Shown: piece by piece, positions 48,628-57,964 of the stretch
Numbering within the stretch: position 1 is the stretch's first letter
Layout of the letters: every line of letters begins with the position of its first letter
Source of the DNA: Bdellovibrionota bacterium
GTDB lineage: Bacteria; Bdellovibrionota_C; UBA2361; JBIKWN01
Direction of reading: 5' to 3'
Assembly: GCA_044356295.1 (NCBI GenBank)
Contig: JBIKWN010000009.1
Coordinates: 912 to 64,911, forward strand
DNA: 64,000 nucleotides
Program-made: the position numbers and the translations under genes
Notes under the pieces: model-generated
Seen by the model: only the letters and a program-made list of their open reading frames with translations
The model's database searches: none
Told to the model about the DNA's origin: nothing

Positions 48628-50396
48628 GATATTTTCTCTAAGGGTACTTCGATAAGGGTTTGAAGACGTATGTATTCTCTGAAGAATCCTTCAACATTCG
48701 AAAGTTCGGTAAAGGAACCTTGTTGTATGACTCTTCCATGGGCTAACACAATGACAAAATCGGCATCTTTTATAGTACTTAATCGATGAGAAATTATAAG
48801 CTGTGTAACAGGGAAGGGAAGTGAGTCGAGTACAGTATGTACCAGTTGTTCGTTGTTACTATCGAGTGATGCGGTTGCTTCATCAAGAATTAACATCTTT
48901 GCATTTCGAACAATGGCTCGGGCGATAGCAATACGTTGACGTTGACCACCACTTAAAAAATTTCCTCCTTCTCCGACCTTTGTATCTGATTTTTCAGGTA
49001 GCGAATCAATAATTGTGCTCATTTCAACAGCGTCTAAGGCATTCTTTATTGTTTCATCTGATATTGTTTCATCACCGAGCCGAATTGTTTCGTAAATCGA
49101 AAAATTCAAAAGACGAGGATCCTGGGGGACAAAAGAAATAAACTCATTTTTATCAGCGATTTCATGAGGTGCCATTCCATCAAAGGTAATTTCACCTTTG
49201 GATGGTTCATAGAAACCTAAAAGCAGATTTACAACAGTTGATTTTCCAGCACCAGAGACACCGACAAGAGCAGTCTTTTTACCAGCAGGAATAGAAAAAG
49301 AAACATCATTGAGTGCGTACTCACTTCGTCCAGGATATTGAAAAGAAACAGAGCGAAAATTTACAGTTGGGGCATTGGTAATGACTTTTCCACCACCATG
49401 TTTTGGAAGTGATTTCTGATCGATTTGATTACTATTATTGATAAATGAAAGGACACGATCAGCCCCTCCCACACTTGCAGCGAGCTCTGCAATACATGAA
49501 GTCGTGAATGCGAATGAAACCGCCACAATAGCGCCGTAGAGCAAAAATGCCGTCAAATCACCCACAAGTAATTTTGATTGAGACGTAAGAAAAATACCGT
49601 ATAAAAGAACTAAGACAAGACAACCATTTAATAGGAAATTTACAAATGATTGAAAAAAAGCACTCAGAGATGTTCTATTGAGACCGATTTGGAAAGTATT
49701 CTCCATGATCGAAGAAAACGTCTTACTAATAAACCCTTCTCGTTTAAAGCCTCTTATAACTCGAATACTAGAAAATGCATCTTCTGCAAGTCCAGAAGCA
49801 TGACCAATTTCTTCTTGAAGTGCTTTAGAAAATGCTCGAAGTTTCTTTGCTAAATAAATAGAGAAAAAAGTTAGAACAATGAGTGCTGCAAGAACTGCAA
49901 CGGTGAGGGCCCAAGAGATCCAAACCATCAATATGACGCCTACGATTATCTGTAATGAATACCGAATAAGCACAGAAAGCTTAATGCTGACAGCATCTTG
50001 AATAAGACTCGTATCGTTCATAAGCCGTGATACCAGATCTCCTGATTGGTGAGTGTCGAATTCAGAGATAGGACTTTTGATAAGCCGATCAAAAAATTGA
50101 GACCTAAGGTCTGTAACAACACGTTGACCAATGATTCCAAAATATAAAATGCGGATATAGAAACAGATACCTTGAAATGCAAAAAGTCCGATAAGGATTA
50201 AGGCAAGGAGTGTCGGATGTGAAGAAAAGTCAGTCCACGAAGGTGAATTGAGAACTCTTCTAATAATTTCGGGAAATAAAAGGTTAACTCCACTGCCGAG
50301 ACCAAGCGATATCATAGCAATAATAAACTTACCTCGATGGGGCTTGATAAATGAGAAAAGAATACCAAGTGATGATAGAGAGAATTTTTTTTTCAT
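48624..50396 (-). CDS. ABC exporter, fused TMD-NBD (MsbA/ABCB-like)
   Basis: TM domain plus GVSGAGKST, LSGGQRQRI, ILDEATASLD. Confidence 0.93.
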   Translation of the reverse strand: MKKKFSLSSLGILFSFIKPHRGKFIIAMISLGLGSGVNLLFPEIIRRVLNSPSWTDFSSHPTLLALILIGLFAFQGICFYIRILYFGIIGQRVVTDLRSQFFDRLIKSPISEFDTHQSGDLVSRLMNDTSLIQDAVSIKLSVLIRYSLQIIVGVILMVWISWALTVAVLAALIVLTFFSIYLAKKLRAFSKALQEEIGHASGLAEDAFSSIRVIRGFKREGFISKTFSSIMENTFQIGLNRTSLSAFFQSFVNFLLNGCLVLVLLYGIFLTSQSKLLVGDLTAFLLYGAIVAVSFAFTTSCIAELAASVGGADRVLSFINNSNQIDQKSLPKHGGGKVITNAPTVNFRSVSFQYPGRSEYALNDVSFSIPAGKKTALVGVSGAGKSTVVNLLLGFYEPSKGEITFDGMAPHEIADKNEFISFVPQDPRLLNFSIYETIRLGDETISDETIKNALDAVEMSTIIDSLPEKSDTKVGEGGNFLSGGQRQRIAIARAIVRNAKMLILDEATASLDSNNEQLVHTVLDSLPFPVTQLIISHRLSTIKDADFVIVLAHGRVIQQGSFTELSNVEGFFREYIRLQTLIEVPLEKIS

Positions 50397-51115
50397 GAAC
50401 GACTAAAGCAAATAAGGGTGGGGCTTCCAAAAAATTGAGTCAAATAGAGAGTGCGAAATATCTTTTCAAAAACCGAAGCGATCAAAGGGGATTTTAACTT
50501 TCGGTAAATCACCATAGGAATTAGAAATTGTGGTGTTCGTTGCTTTACTATAAAACCTTCAGCAGCAAATGTATTCTTAATCTCGCTATCACTAAAAACG
50601 ACAAACGGGCGCGTAGTTTTCTCTGAGGCTTTTTTGAGTGGATACAGTAATGTGTACAAAATATTAAATGAGAATCTACTTGGGTAGTCTATAATGACAG
50701 AGTGATTCGATACACGGCAGATCTCTTTTACTAAACGTTGCCAATCATGCGCGTGAGTAAGTAATCGAATGGATACTACAATATCGAATGTTTTATCCGG
50801 AAATGGAAGTTGATTCAGTGGGGCTGTTATATACGAGACGTCGCCTACATCAATTGCGTGCTGAATTCTTTTTTTACAAAAATCATCACTGCCAATAATT
50901 GTGACTTTTGCAGCTGATTTCTGATATGCGTTTAGGAGCTGACCATGGCCACCGCCTACTTCAAGAACAGAAGGAGTTCTTTGCTGTGTAAGGCTAATCA
51001 TCTTGCTGACAATTGTTTCTTGAATTTCTAGAAAAAAAGTACCAATTCCGCCGCTAAAGCGTGAAGCATATAGTTCAGAAGAGGTTTCTTGATCAGCAAT
51101 TTCAGGTTGATTCAC
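50393..51115 (-). CDS. Class I SAM-dependent methyltransferase
   Basis: VLEVGGGHG, LPFPDKTFDIV. Confidence 0.88.
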   Translation of the reverse strand: MNQPEIADQETSSELYASRFSGGIGTFFLEIQETIVSKMISLTQQRTPSVLEVGGGHGQLLNAYQKSAAKVTIIGSDDFCKKRIQHAIDVGDVSYITAPLNQLPFPDKTFDIVVSIRLLTHAHDWQRLVKEICRVSNHSVIIDYPSRFSFNILYTLLYPLKKASEKTTRPFVVFSDSEIKNTFAAEGFIVKQRTPQFLIPMVIYRKLKSPLIASVFEKIFRTLYLTQFFGSPTLICFSRS

Positions 51116-51188
51116 AGCAGCTCTATCCTATCGAACTGATTTGTTTTTTTAAAGGGAATCATGTAGTAAACTGGCAGATTCCACTACC

Positions 51189-52685
51189 ATGACCCGACCT
51201 CGTTCTTTAACTATTCTTAATAATCAAGCACCTCTTCGAGGTGAGTCTGCATTTTTGGCTCCGTTCTCATGGCCCCGTGATGAAAGCTCAAATATGCCAA
51301 GGGCCCTTCGTGGCTTAAGCCGCATTATTGACGGAGGACTTTGTCATCGATGTGGAAGCTGTGTCGGTATATGTCCTACAGGCGTATTAGAGACAAGTGC
51401 AGACGGATATCCCACAGTAAAGAGTTTATCATCATGCACAGACTGTGATCTGTGTGTAAAGGTTTGTCCTGGTGATGAATTTAATGCTGAAAAATTTTCT
51501 CAGCAGCAATACAGCAAACCGGTAGATCTTACCGATACCCATGGTGAATTTTTAGAAAGTTTCATTGGATATGCTATAGAAGGTGACCTCCAAGAAAAAT
51601 CCACAAGTGGTGGAGTTGTCACTGCAATTTTACTTCACCTTTTGGATACAAAGCAGATTGATGGTGCTGTCTGTATTACATCTGATGAAAATGTTTTATG
51701 GCGAGGAAAGCCTATAGTTGCACGGACTCGAGAAGAGATCTTAAGTGCAGTAAAATCAAAGTATGCCATTTCACCAACAAACCAAGTTTTTTCAGAGTTA
51801 CGAACAATTCCTGGTAAATATGCACTTGTTGGTTTGCCTTGCCAGATTCATGGATTTTTAAAAGCTGCTGAATTAGATCCAAGACTGAAAGAAAGAGTCG
51901 TTCTTACGATCGGATTATTTTGTCATGCTGCAGTAGAACATGAAGGGTACGAGATAATTTGGGAAACATTGGGCGATAAACCAAAACACGCAACCAAATT
52001 TACATCAAGAATTGGAAAACACCCAGGCGCCCCACATTTAACCTATGCAGATGGTTCAAAGTATCCAATCTATTTTGGAGATAAAAAAGGATATCGACCT
52101 TCTTCAATGGAGATAATCAATATCTTGTATCGTTTGTACAGTCCAAAGCGGTGCCTAACCTGTTTTGATGCAAGTGCCGAATATGCAGATATCAGTGTTG
52201 GCGATCCTTGGATGTCACCACCAGATGAGACAGTAGATTTTCAAAAAGGGTGGAGTTTCGCATTAGTTCGATCCGCACGTGGAAAGGTTGTCTGTGATGA
52301 AATTCGTGAGCAAAAAAAATTGGTCATCAAGGATGTAACCAGAAAAGAAGCACTAGCATGTAATCGGATGATGGCTACAGAAAAGAGGTATCGAGCTTTC
52401 AGAATTATTGAAACACATCGACGTCAAGGAAAACCAGTACCCTTGTATGGTTCATTTGGTACTCAAATGCCAAAACAATCTGGAAAACAGTTTTTAAAAA
52501 CTGAAATTAACATGCTCACACATGCACCGTGTTTTATGCCTAAGTATCGAGCTGCTATTTTAAAATTCTTTTTGTCCGATGGTGGTTACTATCTGTTGTG
52601 GCTTAATAGCAAACGGAGGACGTTTCGATTTTGGTGGCGTGATACGAAGGCGGCGATTCGGCGCAAGTGGTTTGGTCGACAGTAG
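51189..52685 (+). CDS. FrhB/FdhB-family Fe-S protein
   Basis: Two CxxCxxCxxxCP ferredoxin motifs, TSGGVVT, VGLPCQ, IGLFC, RCLTCFD...ADISVGDPW. Confidence 0.88.
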   Translation: MTRPRSLTILNNQAPLRGESAFLAPFSWPRDESSNMPRALRGLSRIIDGGLCHRCGSCVGICPTGVLETSADGYPTVKSLSSCTDCDLCVKVCPGDEFNAEKFSQQQYSKPVDLTDTHGEFLESFIGYAIEGDLQEKSTSGGVVTAILLHLLDTKQIDGAVCITSDENVLWRGKPIVARTREEILSAVKSKYAISPTNQVFSELRTIPGKYALVGLPCQIHGFLKAAELDPRLKERVVLTIGLFCHAAVEHEGYEIIWETLGDKPKHATKFTSRIGKHPGAPHLTYADGSKYPIYFGDKKGYRPSSMEIINILYRLYSPKRCLTCFDASAEYADISVGDPWMSPPDETVDFQKGWSFALVRSARGKVVCDEIREQKKLVIKDVTRKEALACNRMMATEKRYRAFRIIETHRRQGKPVPLYGSFGTQMPKQSGKQFLKTEINMLTHAPCFMPKYRAAILKFFLSDGGYYLLWLNSKRRTFRFWWRDTKAAIRRKWFGRQ

Positions 52686-53111
52686 ACTTGTAATATAATT
52701 GATCTCTTTAACAAGGATAGCGTATATAATTTTTGTCTGTTCGTTAATCGTTTGTATATTGAGAGCAAAAAATAGCTCTGAAAAAAACAAACAATACTTT
52801 TCTTTTGATTGAGAAAAAAATGTAAGTTGGTTTTCAATCCTTCTCATTCGAAGCAGTTTTAACTTAAAAATTCCGGCAAGCTCTAATGGAAATTGGATCG
52901 GAATAATATGTTTCTTACGTTTAATCAGCAGAATATGTCTTTTGAGGCAAATATCAGATGGATGAAGTGATAGGATCTCTTTGAGCTTTAAATTGCAGCG
53001 TACCATTAAGATGTAAGTTACTTTTACATCTCCTTTTAACGCGTCTATGATTATTTTTTCAAATTCAGTTTTTTCTAATGCGATGTTTTTGTAGTTAGAA
53101 AGTAAGCTCAT
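52560..53111 (-). CDS. Degenerate tyrosine-recombinase-catalytic-domain-like protein (IntI-related)
   Basis: The N-terminal ~90 aa align by eye with the box I region of the adjacent IntI; the catalytic Arg position is Lys. The 3' end overlaps the FrhB-like gene. Confidence 0.55.
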   Translation of the reverse strand: MSLLSNYKNIALEKTEFEKIIIDALKGDVKVTYILMVRCNLKLKEILSLHPSDICLKRHILLIKRKKHIIPIQFPLELAGIFKLKLLRMRRIENQLTFFSQSKEKYCLFFSELFFALNIQTINEQTKIIYAILVKEINYITSLLSTKPLAPNRRLRITPPKSKRPPFAIKPQQIVTTIGQKEF

Positions 53112-53147
53112 ACCATACTATTCGCTTATTCCTCTATACAAGTTTCC

Positions 53148-54224
53148 TTATTTTGAATCTAAAATATTAATCAATAATTGAATTAGTTCTGTAGCTTTTG
53201 ATTCTTTAATACCCTGATCTTTACTACTTAAAAGATCAAGTGGACTTTTTGTTCCAGTTGGACCACTAGCTAATACATGAGTATAAATCATTGTAGTCTT
53301 TACATCGGTATGACCTAACAGTGTCTGAACTGTTCTTATATCTACACCATTTTCCAAAAGATGTGTTGCGAAACTATGCCTGAATGTATGGCATGTAGCT
53401 TGTTTATCAATATTTAATTTCTTGAGTGAATCCTTTAGGATTTTCTGAAGTATTGATGGGTGTAGATGATGGCGCCTCTTTGCCTCACTACGAGGGTCTT
53501 TAGAGATTTTTTTAGAAGGAAATACATACTGCCAACGAAACGTTTTATCTAGATTTGGGTATTTTCTTGCAAGAGCATTTGGAAGCGCAACGGTACCGAA
53601 TCCTTCCTTTAGATCTGCCTCATGAAGCTCTTTGACCTTTACTAAATGATTTTTGATCAACTCGACTAGATCCAAGGGAAGCATTACAACTCTGTCACAT
53701 TGACTCTTGGAATCTCTAACAACAATTGCTTTTCGATCAAAGTCAACATCTTTGACTCTCAACCTGAGAACTTCACTTAGCCTTAAACCTGATCCGTAAA
53801 GAAGGCTTACCATAATAAACTTGGCACCTTTTAAGCAGCTGAGAATTTTTTGAACTTCTTCTCTAGTAAAAACTACAGGCGTATGGGTCCTTTTTTTTGC
53901 CCACTCGATACCAGTTAAAGTTTCAACGTTAATAAATAAGACTTGGCGGTAGAGGAATATAAGTGCATTGAGTGCTTGATTTTGAGTGGATGCAGAGACA
54001 TTTCTTTTTGTAGCTAAATAGTTCAAAAACACTTGAATCCCAGTAGTCCCGATATCACGAGGATGTTTTCGTCCATGAAATTTGATGTAATGTCTAATCC
54101 ATTGTAGATAATTTTTTTCAGTTGTAAGTGCGTAATGTTTTACACGAAGAGTTTCTCGGCAGACTTCGAATAATCCTTTTCCGGAAGTTGCACCCTGTTC
54201 ATACTTTTTAGTTCTATCATTCAT
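53148..54224 (-). CDS. intI: Integron integrase
   Basis: [36 protein letters not shown], IntI-specific patch (LP.ALARKYP...WQYVFPS...DPRS..KRRHH), [26 protein letters not shown]. Confidence 0.97.
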   Translation of the reverse strand: MNDRTKKYEQGATSGKGLFEVCRETLRVKHYALTTEKNYLQWIRHYIKFHGRKHPRDIGTTGIQVFLNYLATKRNVSASTQNQALNALIFLYRQVLFINVETLTGIEWAKKRTHTPVVFTREEVQKILSCLKGAKFIMVSLLYGSGLRLSEVLRLRVKDVDFDRKAIVVRDSKSQCDRVVMLPLDLVELIKNHLVKVKELHEADLKEGFGTVALPNALARKYPNLDKTFRWQYVFPSKKISKDPRSEAKRRHHLHPSILQKILKDSLKKLNIDKQATCHTFRHSFATHLLENGVDIRTVQTLLGHTDVKTTMIYTHVLASGPTGTKSPLDLLSSKDQGIKESKATELIQLLINILDSK

Positions 54225-54261
54225 AAGTATGTATTCGATAAAATTTTCAAAAAGTTGTTTT

Positions 54262-54412
54262 ATCTGTGGTTATTACTAATAACCACAGATGGGAATTTGT
54301 AATGTAATCTGTGGTTATTTTTATTAACCACGGATTGTATATGATGCTTTGGGGCTAACCTGTTGAATTGAATGAGTTTATTTATCTGTGGTTATTGATA
54401 TTAACCACAGAT
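54262..54412. promoter_or_regulatory. Three 29-bp palindromes (putative operators or accessory sites)
   Basis: ATCTGTGGTTATT-N3-AWTAACCACRGAT at 54262, 54307 and 54384. Confidence 0.8.
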
Positions 54413-54429
54413 GTTGGTTAGGGATTTGG

Positions 54430-54463
54430 ATTTGGGTAACATGTACACTTATATGTTGTCCAT
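54430..54463 (+). other. attI recombination site (crossover G|TT at 54455)
   Basis: GTTGTCCAT at 54455 is complementary to the first cassette's inverse core ATGGACAAC at 54811. Confidence 0.8.
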
Positions 54464-54481
54464 CAAAATAAGGTAGTAAGT

Positions 54482-54808
54482 ATGTTTGGCATCCGAAGAA
54501 AAAGCGGCTCTGAAAAAGTTTTGTTGTTAGATGATAAAACTGAATCCGTTCGTATTATGGCAGAGCATGTTAAAGAAGATCCCTCTCGTATGAATATCGG
54601 TCAAATGGTCGATGCAATTAAAGATATTGCAGGCCCTCTAGCCACGGACGCAGAGCGTGAAGCGCTTCTCACTCTACTTTGTGCACATCTCGAACTTTCT
54701 AATCCGACTAACTTTGGAGTAACTGCTCAGGAATCTATCAAGTTGAACTTAGAATTAGGTAGGAAAGACATGATAGTAGATGTCGATCTAAGAGAGCATG
54801 AAATCTAA
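54482..54808 (+). CDS. Cassette 1, hypothetical protein
   Basis: ORF fills the interval between attI and attC1. Confidence 0.8.
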   Translation: MFGIRRKSGSEKVLLLDDKTESVRIMAEHVKEDPSRMNIGQMVDAIKDIAGPLATDAEREALLTLLCAHLELSNPTNFGVTAQESIKLNLELGRKDMIVDVDLREHEI

Positions 54809-54812
54809 GAAT

Positions 54813-54910
54813 GGACAACAAAAAACGCCACGCAGAATTGTAACCCATGCAATTTTTGCATGATTAGAAGACCTGTTTGGGTTACAATCTGGTGCGTTTA
54901 AACGTTATGC
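54813..54910 (+). repeat. attC1 (family A)
   Basis: GGACAAC-AAAAAACGCCACGCAGAATTGTAACCC...GGGTTACAATCTGGTGCGTTTAAAC-GTTATGC. Confidence 0.9.
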
Positions 54911-54929
54911 CGTTTTAGTAGGAAGTATA

Positions 54930-55316
54930 ATGAGTGAAACAGCCATAGAAGTAGTAGCTGACGAGACAGCAAAGCCTGTCGATCCTGATCTTGCAAAGAA
55001 TTTAAGAACAAGACATGAGATCGCCTTTGTTGTACGAACATTTCTTGGATCGCTCAATGATTGGCTGGAGCGAGAAACTACTGAGCAAGAAGATCAACAA
55101 ATTGGAGGCAAGGCTGAGACTGTTCTCGAATGCCTAGTACCACTGTGTGCTGACGAGACTCTCGAGCTTCGTATGCCAGGGGTGAGTACCGAGTTACGTT
55201 TTCAAGCGTTAGAGCTGGAAGGAGTATTGGCTGATTTTCGGGATGACCCGAATGGGAATTGGAATTGGGCACAAACAGAGTGCAAAAAATATTTGTTGCT
55301 GAACGCTAGTGAATAA
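54930..55316 (+). CDS. Cassette 2, hypothetical protein
   Basis: ORF between attC1 and attC2. Confidence 0.8.
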   Translation: MSETAIEVVADETAKPVDPDLAKNLRTRHEIAFVVRTFLGSLNDWLERETTEQEDQQIGGKAETVLECLVPLCADETLELRMPGVSTELRFQALELEGVLADFRDDPNGNWNWAQTECKKYLLLNASE

Positions 55317-55319
55317 TCA

Positions 55320-55415
55320 GCATAACAAAAGCCTCGATAGTGAGGCGCGACCGCGCGGGGTTGTGGTAGTTTAAAGTTCTGGTTTGGTCGCGCCCACATC
55401 AGGCAAACGTTATAC
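55320..55415 (+). repeat. attC2 (family B)
   Basis: GCATAAC...GGCGCGACC/GGTCGCGCC...GTTATAC; near-identical to attC10. Confidence 0.9.
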
Positions 55416-55428
55416 GCTTAAAGAAAAT

Positions 55429-55791
55429 ATGCACGTAACTCATCTTCATACAAACGAAAAAGGAGAGTCAGCTTTTGCTGATCTGGAAATCAAACTTGAA
55501 AGAGATGGCGTTGAGCAGTTTGCAAATCTTCGAGCACCTACTGCAATGCTTCTCAACGAGACTGACGTTGGCCATGACTATCCATGGCATAACGCTCCGC
55601 AAAGACAATGGGTGGTAACACTACAAGGCGAAATTGAAGTACGCCTTCGTAACGGCCAATCAAGAAAGTTTGGGGCTGGAAGTCTTATTCTTGCTGATGA
55701 TCTTTCTGGAACGGGTCATGCTACTTCAGTCGTAAGTTCAGAACCTTGGCAGTGTATTTATTTGCCATTTAGTGGTGACCCCCGCGTATAA
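55429..55791 (+). CDS. Cassette 3, cupin-domain protein
   Basis: WHNAPQRQWVVTLQGEIEV...G..ILADD..GTGH. Confidence 0.85.
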   Translation: MHVTHLHTNEKGESAFADLEIKLERDGVEQFANLRAPTAMLLNETDVGHDYPWHNAPQRQWVVTLQGEIEVRLRNGQSRKFGAGSLILADDLSGTGHATSVVSSEPWQCIYLPFSGDPRV

Positions 55792-55883
55792 CAAAAAAGT
55801 CGTACGGAGAAACGGGGCGCGAAATTCATTGGCGATTTCGATTGATTAGCTGCCCCGTTTCCCGCACACTTTAAACGTTGTAC
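55786..55883 (+). repeat. attC3
   Basis: GTATAAC...GAAACGGGGC/GCCCCGTTTC...GTTGTAC. Confidence 0.88.
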
Positions 55884-55917
55884 GAAATAAATTATCTCAA
55901 TAATAAAAAGCTTTGAA

Positions 55918-56367
55918 ATGGAAATTAAAAGAGAAGAATTAAATGCCGAAAATACCCTTCCTCTTGAAGCTGCATCTTCCCCAGAAGCAGTTCTAAAGGG
56001 TGTGCTTGGGGAAGCCGAAATAATTGTCGATCCAGTCAGTATGTTATTGATTAGACGTTTAAATGACCATGCGACAGTTATATATCCGATTAGTTTGAAA
56101 GATAATGAGATTGCTGATTTCGAAAATAAGTTGAAATCAAATTTAAACGGGTTTGATTGCGAATTAGAAAGATTGATGATTGATGCACTGAAGTACCAGT
56201 ATGACTCAGCGCAAAGCGGTATTTCTGAGTTATTACAACAACAAGGGAAAAACTATATTGTTGGAGTGCTTGCAAAAAGCAATGCCGATATTTCAACAAT
56301 TCTTGATATTTTTGAAGAAAAATTTCAAATAAAATTAAGCAATAATTTTCGTGAACAAATACAGTAG
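55918..56367 (+). CDS. Cassette 4, hypothetical protein
   Basis: ORF between attC3 and attC4. Confidence 0.78.
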   Translation: MEIKREELNAENTLPLEAASSPEAVLKGVLGEAEIIVDPVSMLLIRRLNDHATVIYPISLKDNEIADFENKLKSNLNGFDCELERLMIDALKYQYDSAQSGISELLQQQGKNYIVGVLAKSNADISTILDIFEEKFQIKLSNNFREQIQ

Positions 56368-56380
56368 GCGTGTGCCATTC

Positions 56381-56475
56381 GTACAACAATGGGATCGAAA
56401 AGATTTACGCCCACGTAACTTTTTGACTTGATTAAGATTGTTTTGGGCGTAAACTTTTCATCCAAAACGTTAGGC
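56381..56475 (+). repeat. attC4 (family C)
   Basis: GTACAAC...TTTACGCCC/GGGCGTAAA...GTTAGGC; near-identical to attC7. Confidence 0.9.
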
Positions 56476-56760
56476 AGCTAAAGGCTGAATTCTTTTTCGC
56501 TTTAGAGTTATTACCTGACTTAATTCCCAATTATTTTGCAAATTCAGCCAAAAGTATGGCGTTGCTCCAAGTGATTGCGAAAGCTTCATTGCCATTTCTG
56601 CGCTAATCCCACGCTTCTCACGGCAAATCTCATTAATGGTTTTAGGCAATACTCCAATATGTTCAGCAAGAGCAGACTGACTAACGCCAATTTCTTCGAG
56701 TTCATCGCGCAGTACTGCACCTGGATGTACGGCGGTTGTATGAATTACATTTTTGCTCAT
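56470..56760 (-). CDS. higA: Cassette 5, HigA antitoxin
   Basis: HPGAVL, HTH, ISAEMAMKL....G.TP.FWLNLQ. Confidence 0.93.
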   Translation of the reverse strand: MSKNVIHTTAVHPGAVLRDELEEIGVSQSALAEHIGVLPKTINEICREKRGISAEMAMKLSQSLGATPYFWLNLQNNWELSQVITLKRKRIQPLAA

Positions 56761-56781
56761 ATTTTATTCTCCACAACTTGC

Positions 56782-57078
56782 TTAATGATAATCTACGATT
56801 TCAACATCAATCGCGTCTTTACCATCCCAATGAAAACAAATCCTAAACTGATCATTAATACGAATACTACATTGGTCCTTCCTGTTACCCTTTAAGAATT
56901 CAAAGCGGTTTCCTTTGAGTTCCTGGAAGTCCTGTAGATTCGTAGCCGCAGCTACTCTGGCTAATTTAGTCTTTGCCTTTTCGTGCAACTCTATTGGCAA
57001 GAGCTTCCTCGATAGCTTTGAAGTTACACCATAATTAATGTCCTCAGTTGCCTTATTCTTGAAGCTTTTAATTGCCAT
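56782..57078 (-). CDS. higB: Cassette 5, HigB (RelE/ParE) toxin
   Basis: IKSFKNK, GNRFE.LKG.R....SIRINDQFRICF.W...DVEIVDYH. Confidence 0.93.
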   Translation of the reverse strand: MAIKSFKNKATEDINYGVTSKLSRKLLPIELHEKAKTKLARVAAATNLQDFQELKGNRFEFLKGNRKDQCSIRINDQFRICFHWDGKDAIDVEIVDYH

Positions 57079-57088
57079 GTTTTATGTT

Positions 57089-57118
57089 ATTATACCGGAT
57101 AGTGGGTGTATGTGTAAA
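57089..57118 (-). promoter_or_regulatory. sigma70 promoter of the higBA cassette
   Basis: TTTACA-N18-TATAAT, 10 nt before the higB ATG. Confidence 0.7.
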
Positions 57119-57134
57119 TAATAATTTATACGCT

Positions 57135-57228
57135 GCCTAACAAAAGAATCCAAAAGATTTCAGGCCTTTAGGTCTGTGGTTGCTTAAGATCCCGTTTGGC
57201 CTGAAACTTTTGATTCAAAACGTTATCC
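57135..57228 (+). repeat. attC5 (family C-like)
   Basis: GCCTAAC...TTTCAGGCC/GGCCTGAAA...GTTATCC. Confidence 0.88.
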
Positions 57229-57780
57229 CTTTCTACCAAATCCAATGGGTTTCTTTTTACTGGTAGCAGACGGAGCCATTAATTGTTGAATTGCAAATCG
57301 AACAGCCTGTAGTTCCTGTTCATTCCCATGAAATCCGCGAGCAACTCGCTCCTCTAATCTCTCAAGTCTTTGTTTTAGTTCACGATGTTCAGAGATTATT
57401 TCTCGAGCATGTATGAAAGCTCTCACAACCAAAATGCTAGTTTCTATTGCAACTTTGCTGTTGAGAACTGTTGCAGCCATGACTGCTCCGTGTTCTGTAA
57501 AAGCCAGGGGAAGGGTACTTGAAAATTTGAGTTTTTTAAGGTGGTCGCATTTTGCGACCACCTCCTCTTTTTCTGTTTCGGTTAGTTGGAGCGTGAAATC
57601 GGCTGGGAACCGGGTACTATTTCTTTTTACCTGTTCATTAAGACGTTTTGTTTTAACTCCATATAAATCAGCTAAATCTGAATCAATAATGACTCTTTGA
57701 CCACGAATAGAAATAATATTTGCTTTAAGTGGCAGCTGATTTTGCTGAACTATGAGGTTTTTATTAGATTGTTCTTTCAT
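57223..57780 (-). CDS. Cassette 6, ORF6N-domain DNA-binding protein (antisense orientation)
   Basis: IRGQRVIIDSDLADLYGV.TKRLNEQVKRN..RFP.DF, AFTEHGAVMAATVLNS, KKPIGF tail. Confidence 0.9.
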   Translation of the reverse strand: MKEQSNKNLIVQQNQLPLKANIISIRGQRVIIDSDLADLYGVKTKRLNEQVKRNSTRFPADFTLQLTETEKEEVVAKCDHLKKLKFSSTLPLAFTEHGAVMAATVLNSKVAIETSILVVRAFIHAREIISEHRELKQRLERLEERVARGFHGNEQELQAVRFAIQQLMAPSATSKKKPIGFGRKG

Positions 57781-57865
57781 ATTGTATACTTCTTCTTTGA
57801 CCTAAGCCTAATGCTTGAATAACCTAGCAATAATCGTAGAAAGATAGGAAAAAGTTTCCTAAAAG

Positions 57866-57964
57866 GGATAACAAAAAACGCCACGCAGAATTGTAACCCA
57901 TGGAATTTTTTGAATGATTAGAAGTTTCGTTTGGGTTACAATCTGGTGCGTTTAAACGTTGTGC
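57866..57964 (+). repeat. attC6 (family A)
   Basis: GGATAAC...family A hairpin...GTTGTGC. Confidence 0.9.

Noticed and set aside
51189-52685. F420-reducing hydrogenase or methanogen-like metabolism
   Set aside because: Only a lone FrhB-family protein is present, with no hydrogenase subunits. The family is common in bacteria in other roles.
52560-52685. 126-bp convergent overlap as a meaningful dual-coding region
   Set aside because: The tail of the mini-IntI ORF here looks like run-on through the antisense strand of the FrhB-like gene; only its N-terminal part shows homology.
54262-54412. Palindrome arms as DnaA boxes or an E. coli-type LexA box
   Set aside because: ATAACCACA/TTAACCACA deviate from TTWTNCACA at a conserved position, and the CTGT-ACAG spacing is 17 rather than 8.
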